64,000 nt of DNA from Verrucomicrobiales bacterium (GTDB taxonomy: Bacteria; Verrucomicrobiota; Verrucomicrobiia; Verrucomicrobiales; V1-33): contig JANOAV010000157.1 of NCBI GenBank assembly GCA_031411295.1, positions 126,284 through 190,283 on the forward strand, given 5' to 3'. Shown piece after piece: positions 21,025 through 31,048 of this stretch; position 1 is the stretch's first letter, and every line of letters begins with the position of its first letter. Position numbers and translations under genes: made by a program. The notes under the pieces are model-generated. The model was not told the origin of the DNA, ran no database searches, and saw only the letters and a list, made by a program, of their open reading frames with translations.

Positions 21025-22125
21025 TTAAGCGAGTGCGCTTTCGAGCGACCGGGCGACAAGCTCCAGATCGGCTGGGGTCATTTGCGGATACAACGGCAGG
21101 GTCAGCGCTTGATTCTGCAAGCGATTGGAAACCGGCAGGTCTCCAGGCTTGGTGCCGTAACGTTTCGCAAAGGATGGCTGGGCATGCATAGCGTAAGTGC
21201 CCAAGGTTGTTTCCACTCCAGCTGCGCGCATTTTGGCGATAACCTGATCTCGATTATATTGATCCTCCAACACGATCACAAAGGATTGATAGGTATGAAA
21301 ATGATCCGCTGGCTCCACGGGCTCCACAAATCCTTTCAACCCAGCCAGCAGGGCTCGCAACTGCGCAGCCCGCTCCCGTTTCCCGTCAATCAACCATTGC
21401 AGGCGCCTTAGTTGAGCAACGCCCAAGGCCGCCAGCACATCACTGAGGCGATAGTTGAAACCGGCCTCGATAAATTCCAAGTAGAACTCTTTGCGGATAC
21501 CACCGTGGCTGCGCAGACAAATGATTTTCTGTGCCAGCTCCGAATCTTCCGTCATGATCATGCCGCCTTCCCCCGTGGTGATGGATTTCCGCGGGTGAAA
21601 ACTGTAGCACCCCACATCCCCTATCGCTCCACAGAACCGCCCCTTGTATTTTGAGCCCAAGGCGCAGGCGGCATCCTCGATGACTTTTAAATTGTGAGCA
21701 TTGGCCAGGGCGAGAATGGGATCCATGTCCGCAGACAAACCGAACGGATGCACGACCATAATGGCCTTGGATTTTGGCGTAATCTTCCGCGCCAGGTCGG
21801 CTGGATCCATAGCGTAAGTATCGGGTAGCACGTCAACACAAACCGGAATGGCCCCGCGTTGAATGATCACGTTACCACTCGCAGGGTAGGTGAAGTCTGA
21901 GACCAATATCTCGTCGCCATGGCCAATCCCCATCGCCACCAGACTCAAGTGCAAGGCGGTCGTGGCGGAGGACATCGCGAAAGCGTGCTTCGAACCAACG
22001 ATGGCGCGAACCGCATTTTCAAACTCCAGAACCTTGGGTCCCTGAGTCAGGTAGCCGGATTCCAAGACCTGCCGAATCTCTGCAATTTCTTCCTCCCCGG
22101 AAAAGGGCACATTTAATCGCAACAT
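21025..22125 (-). CDS. DegT family aminotransferase (perosamine synthase/PseC-like)
   Basis: EDAACALG, SFHPRKSITTGEGG, GFNYRL motifs. Confidence 0.94.
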   Translation of the reverse strand: MLRLNVPFSGEEEIAEIRQVLESGYLTQGPKVLEFENAVRAIVGSKHAFAMSSATTALHLSLVAMGIGHGDEILVSDFTYPASGNVIIQRGAIPVCVDVLPDTYAMDPADLARKITPKSKAIMVVHPFGLSADMDPILALANAHNLKVIEDAACALGSKYKGRFCGAIGDVGCYSFHPRKSITTGEGGMIMTEDSELAQKIICLRSHGGIRKEFYLEFIEAGFNYRLSDVLAALGVAQLRRLQWLIDGKRERAAQLRALLAGLKGFVEPVEPADHFHTYQSFVIVLEDQYNRDQVIAKMRAAGVETTLGTYAMHAQPSFAKRYGTKPGDLPVSNRLQNQALTLPLYPQMTPADLELVARSLESALA

Positions 22126-22130
22126 AAGTT

Positions 22131-23108
22131 TTAGTTCGTAGATTTTTCAACATACCACTGAACCGTTTGCTTCATCCCGTCAGTCAAAGAAACTTTTGGA
22201 TGATAATTCAGGATTCGCTCTGATTTCACGGTCCCGGCCATATGCCTTCTCACATCTCCCAACCGGTTGGGTCCATGCAGCACCGGGTGATTGGGTTTGC
22301 CGAGAATATCGAGGATACAGGCGATGAGATCGTTCACCGTCAACTCTTTGCCGCTGCCGATATTGAGAACCTGCCCACGTGCGGCCTCTTCTTCGTAGAT
22401 GCGGACCGCAGCCTCTGCCGTATCCGTTACGTAAATGTAGTCTCTAGTCTGGAGGCCGTCTCCATTGACCGTCAGTGGCTCTCCAGCCAGCACCTTGTTA
22501 ACTACGATGGGGATGATACCTGCGAATGACTTATCGTTCTGCCTGGGGCCATAATTGTTGAACGGGCGCAGGCAGGTGATATCCGATCCGAAGGTATGAG
22601 CATAGGACAGGGCGACTTGGTCCCCGGCCAATTTACTGGCCGCGTAGGGCGTGCTGGGCATGTAAGGATGCTGCTCTGTGATGGGAACCTCAATGGCAGT
22701 GCCGTAAACTTCGGAGCTGGAAAAGTGGACCATGCTCTGGAAACATCCCTGCCGCTGCAGCTCGCAGAGGGCAGTAGTGAGCTTGGTATTTTCCATCACA
22801 CACCAAACAGGATCTTCCAGCGAGGCCGGAAGCGGAATCACCGCCATGTCATAGACTACTTCCACCTTGTGCCGGGCCAGGATTTCCTGCATGGCTTTTT
22901 GATCTCCGGCATCCTGATTGTAGAAATGGAGGCGATCACCCAGGAGTTGCTTTCCATGGTCCAGGTTCTTCTCCTGCCCCAGATATAGATTATCCACCAC
23001 CACGACTGACGTCGGATTCTCGGCCGCCAGACGATCCACCAAATGACTGCCAATGAATCCGGCTCCACCGGTCACCAGAATAGATTTTCCTTTTAAACTG
23101 CGTTTCAT
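22131..23108 (-). CDS. NAD-dependent epimerase/dehydratase
   Basis: TGGAGFIGS, SSSEVYG, YAASK, FNNYGPRQ motifs. Confidence 0.93.
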   Translation of the reverse strand: MKRSLKGKSILVTGGAGFIGSHLVDRLAAENPTSVVVVDNLYLGQEKNLDHGKQLLGDRLHFYNQDAGDQKAMQEILARHKVEVVYDMAVIPLPASLEDPVWCVMENTKLTTALCELQRQGCFQSMVHFSSSEVYGTAIEVPITEQHPYMPSTPYAASKLAGDQVALSYAHTFGSDITCLRPFNNYGPRQNDKSFAGIIPIVVNKVLAGEPLTVNGDGLQTRDYIYVTDTAEAAVRIYEEEAARGQVLNIGSGKELTVNDLIACILDILGKPNHPVLHGPNRLGDVRRHMAGTVKSERILNYHPKVSLTDGMKQTVQWYVEKSTN

Positions 23109-23125
23109 AGTTATGCTTTGTCAGA

Positions 23126-23686
23126 TTATTCCACGGCGGGGATTTTAAAATCGCATTCCGTGCAGGCTCCGGCCTTATCCAGGGTCGCTCCACACGGGCA
23201 CACGAAGCAGTGCAACTTGGCTGGATTACCGAGCATGAGACCGTAATCCGGCACATCTTTCGTGACCACGCTACCGGCTCCAATCATGGCCCACTTACCA
23301 ATGGTGACTCCGCAGCGGATGGTGCAATTCGCTCCGATGGCAGCTCCCTTGCCGACGCGGGTAGGAGTGATTTTCCAGTCCAGCGCGTCCTTGCGAGAAC
23401 CGTCAGGATTGACCGCCCGCGGACGCAGATCATTGGTAAAACAAACATGGGGACCAACGAACACCCAGTCTTCGATGATCACCCCATGATAAATGGAGGC
23501 GTTGTTCTGGAGTTTACACCGATCTCCAATCCGAACATCGGTGTCAACATAGACCCCTTTACTAACAATGCAATCTTTGCCCAGGCTGGCTCCTTCACGG
23601 ATCTGAGCGTAATTCCAAACGTAAGTGTCATCGCCAAGCGTAGCTTGGTCGGAGACTTGGGCAGTGGGATGGATAAACGGGGCCAT
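23126..23686 (-). CDS. WbpD-like N-acetyltransferase
   Basis: FIHPTA start, QNNASIYHGV, FTND, GNPA, C-terminal C-CG motif. Confidence 0.9.
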   Translation of the reverse strand: MAPFIHPTAQVSDQATLGDDTYVWNYAQIREGASLGKDCIVSKGVYVDTDVRIGDRCKLQNNASIYHGVIIEDWVFVGPHVCFTNDLRPRAVNPDGSRKDALDWKITPTRVGKGAAIGANCTIRCGVTIGKWAMIGAGSVVTKDVPDYGLMLGNPAKLHCFVCPCGATLDKAGACTECDFKIPAVE

Positions 23687-23689
23687 AAA

Positions 23690-24622
23690 TTATTTTGGTT
23701 GATCTTGTTTCGCAATAATATCCGTGATGAGCAGCGCCAACTCCAAGGCATTGGTCGCTTCCACGCCCCCAACCTTCGGCCGCGCTCCTGAGGCGGCACA
23801 TTGGGTGAAGGCTTGCAGTTCCAAGCGCAGCGGCTCCTGCTTTTCCAGCGAGATGGGCTCATGCGAGATGCCAGTTGGGCTCTTGAAATAGACTTCACCC
23901 GTCTGCGCAAAGTAATCCAGCGAGAGGTAGGCATCGGACTGGAACACCCGAATCTTCCGCAAGCGATCCGGAGAGATCCGGCTGGTGGTGATATTGGCGA
24001 CACAGCCATTGGCGAAGCGAATCCGTGCATTCGCGATGTCCTCGCGAGCCGTTAGCACGCTAACACCCACTGCATCCACGGATGTGACTTCGCTCTTAAC
24101 CAAGTGTAAAATCACTTCCAAATCATGAATCATGAGATCCAACACCACCCCGATGTCCATACTCCGATTGGGAAATGGCGAGAGCCGATGGGCTTCGATA
24201 AAGCGTGGTTGGGTCATGCGCTTTTCCAACTCGGCAATCACGGGATTGAAACGCTCCACGTGCCCAACTTGCAGCACACAGCCGGTTTCCGTGGCTTTGT
24301 TAATGAGCATTCTGGCGGCTTCGACGGTGTCAGCAATAGGCTTCTCCATGAAGACATGCTTGCCGGCATTCATCAATTCCAGTCCCAGCGGGAGATGCAC
24401 GGTGGTCGGAGCAGCCACGGTGGCAGCCTCCACCATGGCTAAGAATTGCGTCATCTCGGAAACGGCCACGGTGCCGAACTCAGCCGCGACCGCTTGGGCG
24501 CGCTCGGCATCGTTGTCGTAGATGCAAGCGAAGTTGACTTCCTCCATGGATGACAGCACCCGCGCATGGTTGCGCCCCATGGCTCCGGCACCGATCACAC
24601 CAACATTGATTTTTTGATTCAT
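23690..24622 (-). CDS. Gfo/Idh/MocA oxidoreductase (WbpB-like)
   Basis: GAGAMG, EKP, VGHVERFNP, DLMIHD motifs. Start set at ATG 24622. Confidence 0.9.
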   Translation of the reverse strand: MNQKINVGVIGAGAMGRNHARVLSSMEEVNFACIYDNDAERAQAVAAEFGTVAVSEMTQFLAMVEAATVAAPTTVHLPLGLELMNAGKHVFMEKPIADTVEAARMLINKATETGCVLQVGHVERFNPVIAELEKRMTQPRFIEAHRLSPFPNRSMDIGVVLDLMIHDLEVILHLVKSEVTSVDAVGVSVLTAREDIANARIRFANGCVANITTSRISPDRLRKIRVFQSDAYLSLDYFAQTGEVYFKSPTGISHEPISLEKQEPLRLELQAFTQCAASGARPKVGGVEATNALELALLITDIIAKQDQPK

Positions 24623-24641
24623 GGTCTTGGAAATTTGTAAA

Positions 24642-25736
24642 CTAGCCCAGCACGGCAGTGAACGAGGCGCACACTTGCTCGATTTCTGCATCCGATAGAT
24701 AAGGGTTCATTGGCAGACTGAGCCCCTGATTGGCCACCATTTCGGCATTGGGGAAATCTCCCTTTTGGTGTCCCAGATCACTAAACACCGGCTGCAAGTG
24801 CAGCGGCACCGCATAATAACTCACGGACGGAACCCCTGCCGCAGAGAGGGCGACATTGATTGCGTCTCGCTGTGGCGAGAGCACCGTGTATTGCGCATAG
24901 ACAGAAGTGTTACCCGCAGCAATGAACGGCAGCGTCACGCCAAGCCCCGCCAGACGTTCGTTGTATGTCGCTGCCACCTGCTGCCGCTTCAGAATTTCAT
25001 CGTCGAAAATTTCCAGCTTCTCCAATAGAATTGCGGCCTGCAACGTGTCCAAGCGGCCGTTGATTCCCAAGATGGGATGGTGATGCTTTTTGGCTTGGCC
25101 ATGAACTCGAATCTGCTTCATAGTCTCCGCCAGGGCATCATCGTCCGTGAACAGTGCGCCACCATCGCCATAACATCCAAGCGGCTTGGAGGGAAAGAAG
25201 GAAGTGCTGCCAATCCCAGATAAAGCGCACGACCGCTTCCCATGATGAGTAGCCCCGAACGACTGCGCGGCATCCTCAATCACTGGAAGTTGATGCCGTT
25301 CCGCTATCGCGTTGATAGCCGTCATATCCGCCACTTGGCCATAAATCCCAACTGGCATAATCGCTTTGGTCCGTGGGGTGATCGCTGCTTCCAACTGGTT
25401 GGCGTCCAGATTCCAAGTTTTGGCATCAATATCGACGAAGACCGGCTTGGCACCGAGCAATGCAATCATCTCTGCCGTAGAGATCCAGGTATATGGCACC
25501 GTGATGACCTCATCCCCTGGTCCAATTCCCAGCGCCATCATGGCGATGAGCAAGGTATCTGTCCCACTGGCAGCACCGATACAATGCTTCACGCCAACGT
25601 AATCAGCCAAGCGGGTTTCCAGTTCCAAATTTTCCGGCCCCAAGATGTAGGAGCCATGATCCAACACTGCGGCTATGCGGCGGTCGATGCGGTCGCGAAT
25701 GCGTTTCTGCTGAGATTTAAGATCGATAAATTCCAT
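24642..25736 (-). CDS. WbpE-like DegT aminotransferase
   Basis: MEFIDLKSQ start, EDAAQSFGA, TSFFPSKPLGCYGDGG motifs. Confidence 0.94.
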   Translation of the reverse strand: MEFIDLKSQQKRIRDRIDRRIAAVLDHGSYILGPENLELETRLADYVGVKHCIGAASGTDTLLIAMMALGIGPGDEVITVPYTWISTAEMIALLGAKPVFVDIDAKTWNLDANQLEAAITPRTKAIMPVGIYGQVADMTAINAIAERHQLPVIEDAAQSFGATHHGKRSCALSGIGSTSFFPSKPLGCYGDGGALFTDDDALAETMKQIRVHGQAKKHHHPILGINGRLDTLQAAILLEKLEIFDDEILKRQQVAATYNERLAGLGVTLPFIAAGNTSVYAQYTVLSPQRDAINVALSAAGVPSVSYYAVPLHLQPVFSDLGHQKGDFPNAEMVANQGLSLPMNPYLSDAEIEQVCASFTAVLG

Positions 25737-25776
25737 GATGGGGAGGGACGGGAGTCGTTAGTAAAGTTTGAAAGTT

Positions 25777-26955
25777 TCAGGCCTCAATGGCACGCTGGTA
25801 GGCTCGTTGCAACTGGTCGGTGGACTTCGCCCAACTTAGGTCTGCGTGGAGTCGCTCGAAACCGAGTTTCCCCATCTGCTCGCGGCGGGCGGGATCGTCC
25901 AGCAGTTCAGCGATGGTTTGGGCGAAGAGGGAAGCGGAGTTTTCGGTCACGTAGGCGGCGGCATCTCCGGCGGAAATTCTGCCTTCACGAATCTCGAACA
26001 TGACTTGAGGCTTGGCGAAGGCCATGTATTCCAGGGTCTTGTTCATCGTGCAGTGCTGGTTGAAATCATTGATTGGATCGCAGGACAGACCTACATCCAT
26101 CGTGGTGAGCGCTTGGCTCAGGAAGGAATCGGATACCCGGCCGGGCAAATCGATGTAATCCTGCAGGCCATAGGAATCGCGCAGGGCAACGACTTTATCG
26201 TAATCCTCCCCCGTGCCCATGAGGAGAAATTGCACGTCGTCCCGTTTCATATCGCGCACCAGATGGCGCGCGGCTTCGATCAAGTAAGGCACGCCATCTT
26301 GCACGCCCATCACGCCAATGTAGGCGGCTAGGAATTTCCGCCCGCGCTTGAGCGCTGGGTCAGGCGCGATGCTAGTATCGATGGCTTTCGGTGAAGTGCG
26401 CACCACGAAGACATCTTCCTCTTTCTTTTTCCCGCGTTCTTTCACAATGGACAGCACGGATTCATTAGTCGCAATAACTACATTCGCCAGCGCCAGAGTG
26501 CAGCGTTCTGCGAACCGCACGATCCAATACAGCGCATTACGCCGACGGAACTTTTCTTCGAATAACTCCGGCGTGATGTCATGCACATCGAAGATCACTT
26601 TGGCTCCCAGCAACTTGTATGGCAACGCCACGAGAAACAATATGTCCGGCGGATTGCAGAGATGGATAACATCGAATTTCTTCCTGCGCCAAGCTTTGAA
26701 CGCCAGGCGAAACTCTCCCCACAGCGCATGGGTGTATTCCTTCAGGAAGCCTACCACTCCCGAGCCTTCCAGCGCCAGCGGATGGCGATACACTTGGATG
26801 CCTTCCAGCACCTCGTCCGCTGTGTTGTATCCTTTCATCATCGGACAAATCACCGCCACCTCATGCCCCAGGTCGCGCAGCGCGCAAGCCTCCTGCCATA
26901 CGCGCCGATCAAACGGCACGGGTAAATTTTCAACGATAATCAGGACACTCGCCAT
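25777..26955 (-). CDS. GT4 glycosyltransferase
   Basis: ENLPVPFDRRVW, CNPPD, NKTLEYMA motifs. Confidence 0.92.
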   Translation of the reverse strand: MASVLIIVENLPVPFDRRVWQEACALRDLGHEVAVICPMMKGYNTADEVLEGIQVYRHPLALEGSGVVGFLKEYTHALWGEFRLAFKAWRRKKFDVIHLCNPPDILFLVALPYKLLGAKVIFDVHDITPELFEEKFRRRNALYWIVRFAERCTLALANVVIATNESVLSIVKERGKKKEEDVFVVRTSPKAIDTSIAPDPALKRGRKFLAAYIGVMGVQDGVPYLIEAARHLVRDMKRDDVQFLLMGTGEDYDKVVALRDSYGLQDYIDLPGRVSDSFLSQALTTMDVGLSCDPINDFNQHCTMNKTLEYMAFAKPQVMFEIREGRISAGDAAAYVTENSASLFAQTIAELLDDPARREQMGKLGFERLHADLSWAKSTDQLQRAYQRAIEA

Positions 26956-26956
26956 G

Positions 26957-27823
26957 CTAGTGCTTTGGTTTCAGATGCGCCCACAAATGCCATCCCATCA
27001 GCTTTCCACCCGGCAAGCCATGAACTGGAAGCGGTGGGGCGTGCATGAATCGCTTGTAGGTTTTCACCAATTCGAAGTCAGGGAAATCCTCCCGCAGGGA
27101 CGCTTCATCATACACTTTGGCATAGGGATTGTGCGGACCGTCCGTGTTGCGATGGATGAAGTTTTCCATCTTCAAATAGTTCCCCAGTCCAACCTTCTTG
27201 GCGTTCGCTACGTGCTCGCCAATGATGCCGGTCTGCTTATTCATGGCGTAGGCCGCCAGTAATCCAAGCCGTCGCAGCACACAGATCGAGAGCAGATAGT
27301 TCAACGACCACTTGGCATACATCATGATGATCAACTCGCCATCCGGCTTGAGCGTGCGATGAATTTCCCGCTGGGCAGTCTTGATATCGGGCACGTGGTG
27401 CAGCACTCCATGGCTAAAGATGATGTCGAACGTGGCGTCAGAAAATGGCGAATCCAGGATACTTCCCTGCATGATGTGCTCTGAAGCCATCCCGCGGAGT
27501 TGGAATCTTGTCTTCACCCGATCCACCGCCGCTTGGGTTAGATCCAGTCCAGAATATTTGGCTCCTCGACGTGCGATCTGTTCGGCATCCGCACCTTGTC
27601 CCAGGCCGATCTCCAGCGTGCGCTTATCTTTAAAATCGATCGCATCCAGTGCGGCTGGAATATGCGATTCCATGTCGTAACGGAACTTGTCATAGGCATC
27701 GAAGAACTTGGCGTAATCGCTCTGATACGCCTGATCTAATCCGCCGATGAGGCCATCACCGCAGGGGTGCTTTTGCCAGAAATCTTGTATTTGTCCTTCT
27801 TCCATGAAATTTTGAATTCGCAT
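26957..27823 (-). CDS. Class I SAM-dependent methyltransferase
   Basis: LEIGLGQG, GVLHH, LKPDG motifs. Confidence 0.9.
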   Translation of the reverse strand: MRIQNFMEEGQIQDFWQKHPCGDGLIGGLDQAYQSDYAKFFDAYDKFRYDMESHIPAALDAIDFKDKRTLEIGLGQGADAEQIARRGAKYSGLDLTQAAVDRVKTRFQLRGMASEHIMQGSILDSPFSDATFDIIFSHGVLHHVPDIKTAQREIHRTLKPDGELIIMMYAKWSLNYLLSICVLRRLGLLAAYAMNKQTGIIGEHVANAKKVGLGNYLKMENFIHRNTDGPHNPYAKVYDEASLREDFPDFELVKTYKRFMHAPPLPVHGLPGGKLMGWHLWAHLKPKH

Positions 27824-27828
27824 TTAGA

Positions 27829-29130
27829 TCACCAGCAACTTCCGGAATACTGTGCCGGTAAGGTTTCCAGCTCAGGCCATCCGTTCACATCCAGAATGTG
27901 CTGCTCACTCGTCACGTGCTGCGTCAGGTCCGTGAGGGGGCAACATTTCTGGGAAATGATCAGCAACTCCGCTCCGGCTAGGGCTTCGGCAAGCGTGTCG
28001 CAAAGCAGATCCGCCAAATGTGGCATCGTTCTGCGAATCACTCGCTCATTGCTGCCCATGACTTCGGCTAGGTTGAGATGGGGATCGTAAATTTTCAGTG
28101 CCCGACCCTCGCCCAGCATACTCTCCGCCACGGCCACCATGGGACTTCCGCGCAGATCATCGGTGTCATTTTTAAATGCTAGTCCAACGATGGCAATCTT
28201 CTTTGCCCCAGTGTCTTCGATCTGCTTCAGCAACGCATCCAAGTGGGCTTGATTGGTTGGCAGCGTGCTTTGCAGCATCGGCAGCGCAATGCCTTCCTGC
28301 CGGGCGAATGATGCCAGTGCGCTGACATCCTTGGGCAGACACGAACCACCAAAGGGATTCCCCGGCTTGAGGTAATACTTGGAAATATTCAGTCTGGTGT
28401 CCTGGCAAACGACATCCATCACGCGACGGGAATCAACCCCCACAGCCTTGCCGATACGGCCGATTTCATTGGCGAAGGCCACTTTAACCGCGTGGAAATA
28501 GTTGCAGGTGTATTTGATTAATTCAGAACCTTCCCACGTGAGGAATTGGGGTGTGCCACCCAGCAGCAGTTCCACCGCTGAATCCCCCAGGGGTTCGCCA
28601 TCGCTGGTGCCCAGCACGGAAAGTGATGGTGAGCGAAAATCTGCCAGTGCAGTGCCCTCGCGCAGAAACTCAGGGCAGTAAGCGATCTTCACCATCCCGG
28701 TTGCCAAAAGTTCACCGAAGAATTCCTCCGCCATGGAACGAGTGCTGCCGGGCAACATCGTGGAGCGGAAGATCAGAACGTGCGGTTGCTTCTTCTCACG
28801 CAGCGCCTCGGCAATCTGCGCGCTCACTTGCCGGACGTAGTTCAAATTTAGGCGTCCATTCTCCAAAGACGGCGTGCCCACGCAGACGATGGAAATTTCA
28901 CTCTGCTGAATCGCGAACGATGGCGAAGTCGTGCCGCTCAGCAGGCCGTTGGCGGCAGCCTGACGCAGCAGACCGTCCAGTCCAGGCTCCACGATGGGGC
29001 TTTCCCCTTGGTTGAATGCCTCTGTCTTCTTCTCCGCCACATCGGCACCGATCACGCGATGCCCTTGTTCAGTAAGGCATCCTGCGGTGACCGCGCCAAC
29101 GTATCCCAGTCCAAAAATACTGATATTCAT
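27829..29130 (-). CDS. UDP-glucose/GDP-mannose 6-dehydrogenase family protein
   Basis: GLGYVG, CVGTP, PEFLREG, FGGSCLPKD, GLAFK--TDDLR-SP motifs. Confidence 0.95.
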   Translation of the reverse strand: MNISIFGLGYVGAVTAGCLTEQGHRVIGADVAEKKTEAFNQGESPIVEPGLDGLLRQAAANGLLSGTTSPSFAIQQSEISIVCVGTPSLENGRLNLNYVRQVSAQIAEALREKKQPHVLIFRSTMLPGSTRSMAEEFFGELLATGMVKIAYCPEFLREGTALADFRSPSLSVLGTSDGEPLGDSAVELLLGGTPQFLTWEGSELIKYTCNYFHAVKVAFANEIGRIGKAVGVDSRRVMDVVCQDTRLNISKYYLKPGNPFGGSCLPKDVSALASFARQEGIALPMLQSTLPTNQAHLDALLKQIEDTGAKKIAIVGLAFKNDTDDLRGSPMVAVAESMLGEGRALKIYDPHLNLAEVMGSNERVIRRTMPHLADLLCDTLAEALAGAELLIISQKCCPLTDLTQHVTSEQHILDVNGWPELETLPAQYSGSCW

Positions 29131-29139
29131 ATCGAAAAT

Positions 29140-31041
29140 TTAGTGCAACAGCGTCGTGCGGAGTTTTGTCCGCACGGTCATTTGTTTAGTGCAGTGGCCG
29201 GAAACACGAATCACGGCAGAGCGGTTCAATCGCTTGTAGTAAGGGGAGCAGAGGCCGACCATGCCATTTTCCTCGGAAGGCTGAATGAGTTCCGTTTTAA
29301 TGTCCGCATCCGCTCCAATCGCAAACTCAAAGGCTTCGCGCACGCCTACCACCAAGTATCCGCCACTTGTCGTTTCCACCAGAAGACCTGGGGCGAACTG
29401 CCAGTGAATCGCGAAATCCGCAGCCACCGCAGAAATGGTATCCGTGATGTCCCAACCGCTTTCCTGGCGCTGGATCGAACGCTCGATCCGGTTGGAACCC
29501 AACTTGCTAGAGACGTGCAATGCCCCGTCCACCAACTCCAGCTTTGGCACCGCATGAGGACGCCCCCAGAGAAAGGAACCGTAACGTGGAGGGTAAAGTT
29601 TATCTTCTGCAAAGTGCGGACCGTTATGCGCTTGGCGGGATACGAAGTGCTCGCGAATCGCATCTTCATTAAAATAACTTCCGGTGCCCGGATCAACAAT
29701 GATGGCGTGATGATTTTTCCAGAGCGACAGGTGCAAGGCATCCAAATGCCCATGTGCGGCAATGGAACCAAACCCCAACGCACTAGCATCCACTCGCAGA
29801 TGCCAATCCTCTGGTGCCGTCACGGCATAGCCACTTTCGGGGAACAAATTCCAATGGTTCAAATCCGGCTGGGGCGAGGCCGAAAACGATCCCAGCCAGT
29901 AGGCAAAACCAGAGTCCGTTCCCCCGTTGAGCCAAGCAACCCACTCTGCTAGGGCAGTGCTTGTTTTGCCATAAAATGGCGTGATGTGAGCATCATCGCT
30001 ATCCCCGAAATCCCATGACTCTTCGTGCTCCGCCATGGCGCAGAAGAACTGGGCCGCCCCTTGCAGGCGGGTGGTGGCGTGGGCACTCGGCGTGATGCCA
30101 GCGCCCTTGGCGGCATGGAGTCCCTGCCAGCCAAGCTCCCAGGCAAATAAATGATAGTGCAGCGCCTGCTCACGGTTCCCGCCATCGGAGGCGAACTGAC
30201 GGAGCAGTTCCTTCTCCATCTTGTGGGCCAGCGCAGACATGGGAGTGGACCACGAGGCGGCTGCAGACCAACGCGCTTGCGCCACCATCAGTCCGCAGAG
30301 TTCGCCCAGTAAATGATTGTTAGCAGAACTGCCAAACGATTGATGCCGCTGCACCCACCAGACATGCGCCGGGACAATTTCCTGAGCCAGCACGTCGAGT
30401 CGGGCGGCTTGATCAGCAGTTAAATCAACCCCACGCAGCAGGGCGTCGATCCAAGTAAAGTTAATCAACCGCAGGCCGGGCTCCATCGGACTGGTCCAGT
30501 TCAATCCGCGTCCCACGGGATTATGCTGCAACCAGTCTTCTAACAATCCCAGGACATATTCCACCGCTGGACCATCCAATCCCAAATAAGCTGCCTGCGC
30601 TACCCGCACGGCCTGCACCCAGCGACTCAGCTCCCACACGATGCGGGCATCGACGTTTGGTTGCTGCCGATAGTTTAACTCACGTGCTGGTTTCAGTTCC
30701 ACTAACTGACCGCCAGAAAGGTAGTCACGATGCCACACCGGTGGGAAGCCAACCGTAATTTGATGACCGTGGAGGATCGTCCAAGAACCCTGCATGATGT
30801 CCTGCGCTTCCTGCACGACGAATTCCCTAATATCAATTGGGCAGGCTAGTGGATCGGGTAGCTTCGGGAAATTCTTGGGCTCTCCTAACAGGCGTTCCGT
30901 TGCCTGCAAGGCCTGCAACGCAGCATCCACGGAGCGCTGACGCAAGGCCGCTCGGACGCGCAGCGCCACTTCCGTGGGACCCATCGCTTTGAGGCGATGG
31001 AAATACCAACGAAGGTTTTTCGACTGTGGTTTAACCGACAT
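29140..31041 (-). CDS. Heparinase II/III-like protein
   Basis: WELSR, SSANNHL, EQALHYH, AAHGHLDAL, DPGTG-Y motifs. Start set at ATG 31041. Confidence 0.88.
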   Translation of the reverse strand: MSVKPQSKNLRWYFHRLKAMGPTEVALRVRAALRQRSVDAALQALQATERLLGEPKNFPKLPDPLACPIDIREFVVQEAQDIMQGSWTILHGHQITVGFPPVWHRDYLSGGQLVELKPARELNYRQQPNVDARIVWELSRWVQAVRVAQAAYLGLDGPAVEYVLGLLEDWLQHNPVGRGLNWTSPMEPGLRLINFTWIDALLRGVDLTADQAARLDVLAQEIVPAHVWWVQRHQSFGSSANNHLLGELCGLMVAQARWSAAASWSTPMSALAHKMEKELLRQFASDGGNREQALHYHLFAWELGWQGLHAAKGAGITPSAHATTRLQGAAQFFCAMAEHEESWDFGDSDDAHITPFYGKTSTALAEWVAWLNGGTDSGFAYWLGSFSASPQPDLNHWNLFPESGYAVTAPEDWHLRVDASALGFGSIAAHGHLDALHLSLWKNHHAIIVDPGTGSYFNEDAIREHFVSRQAHNGPHFAEDKLYPPRYGSFLWGRPHAVPKLELVDGALHVSSKLGSNRIERSIQRQESGWDITDTISAVAADFAIHWQFAPGLLVETTSGGYLVVGVREAFEFAIGADADIKTELIQPSEENGMVGLCSPYYKRLNRSAVIRVSGHCTKQMTVRTKLRTTLLH

Positions 31042-31048
31042 TTTAATT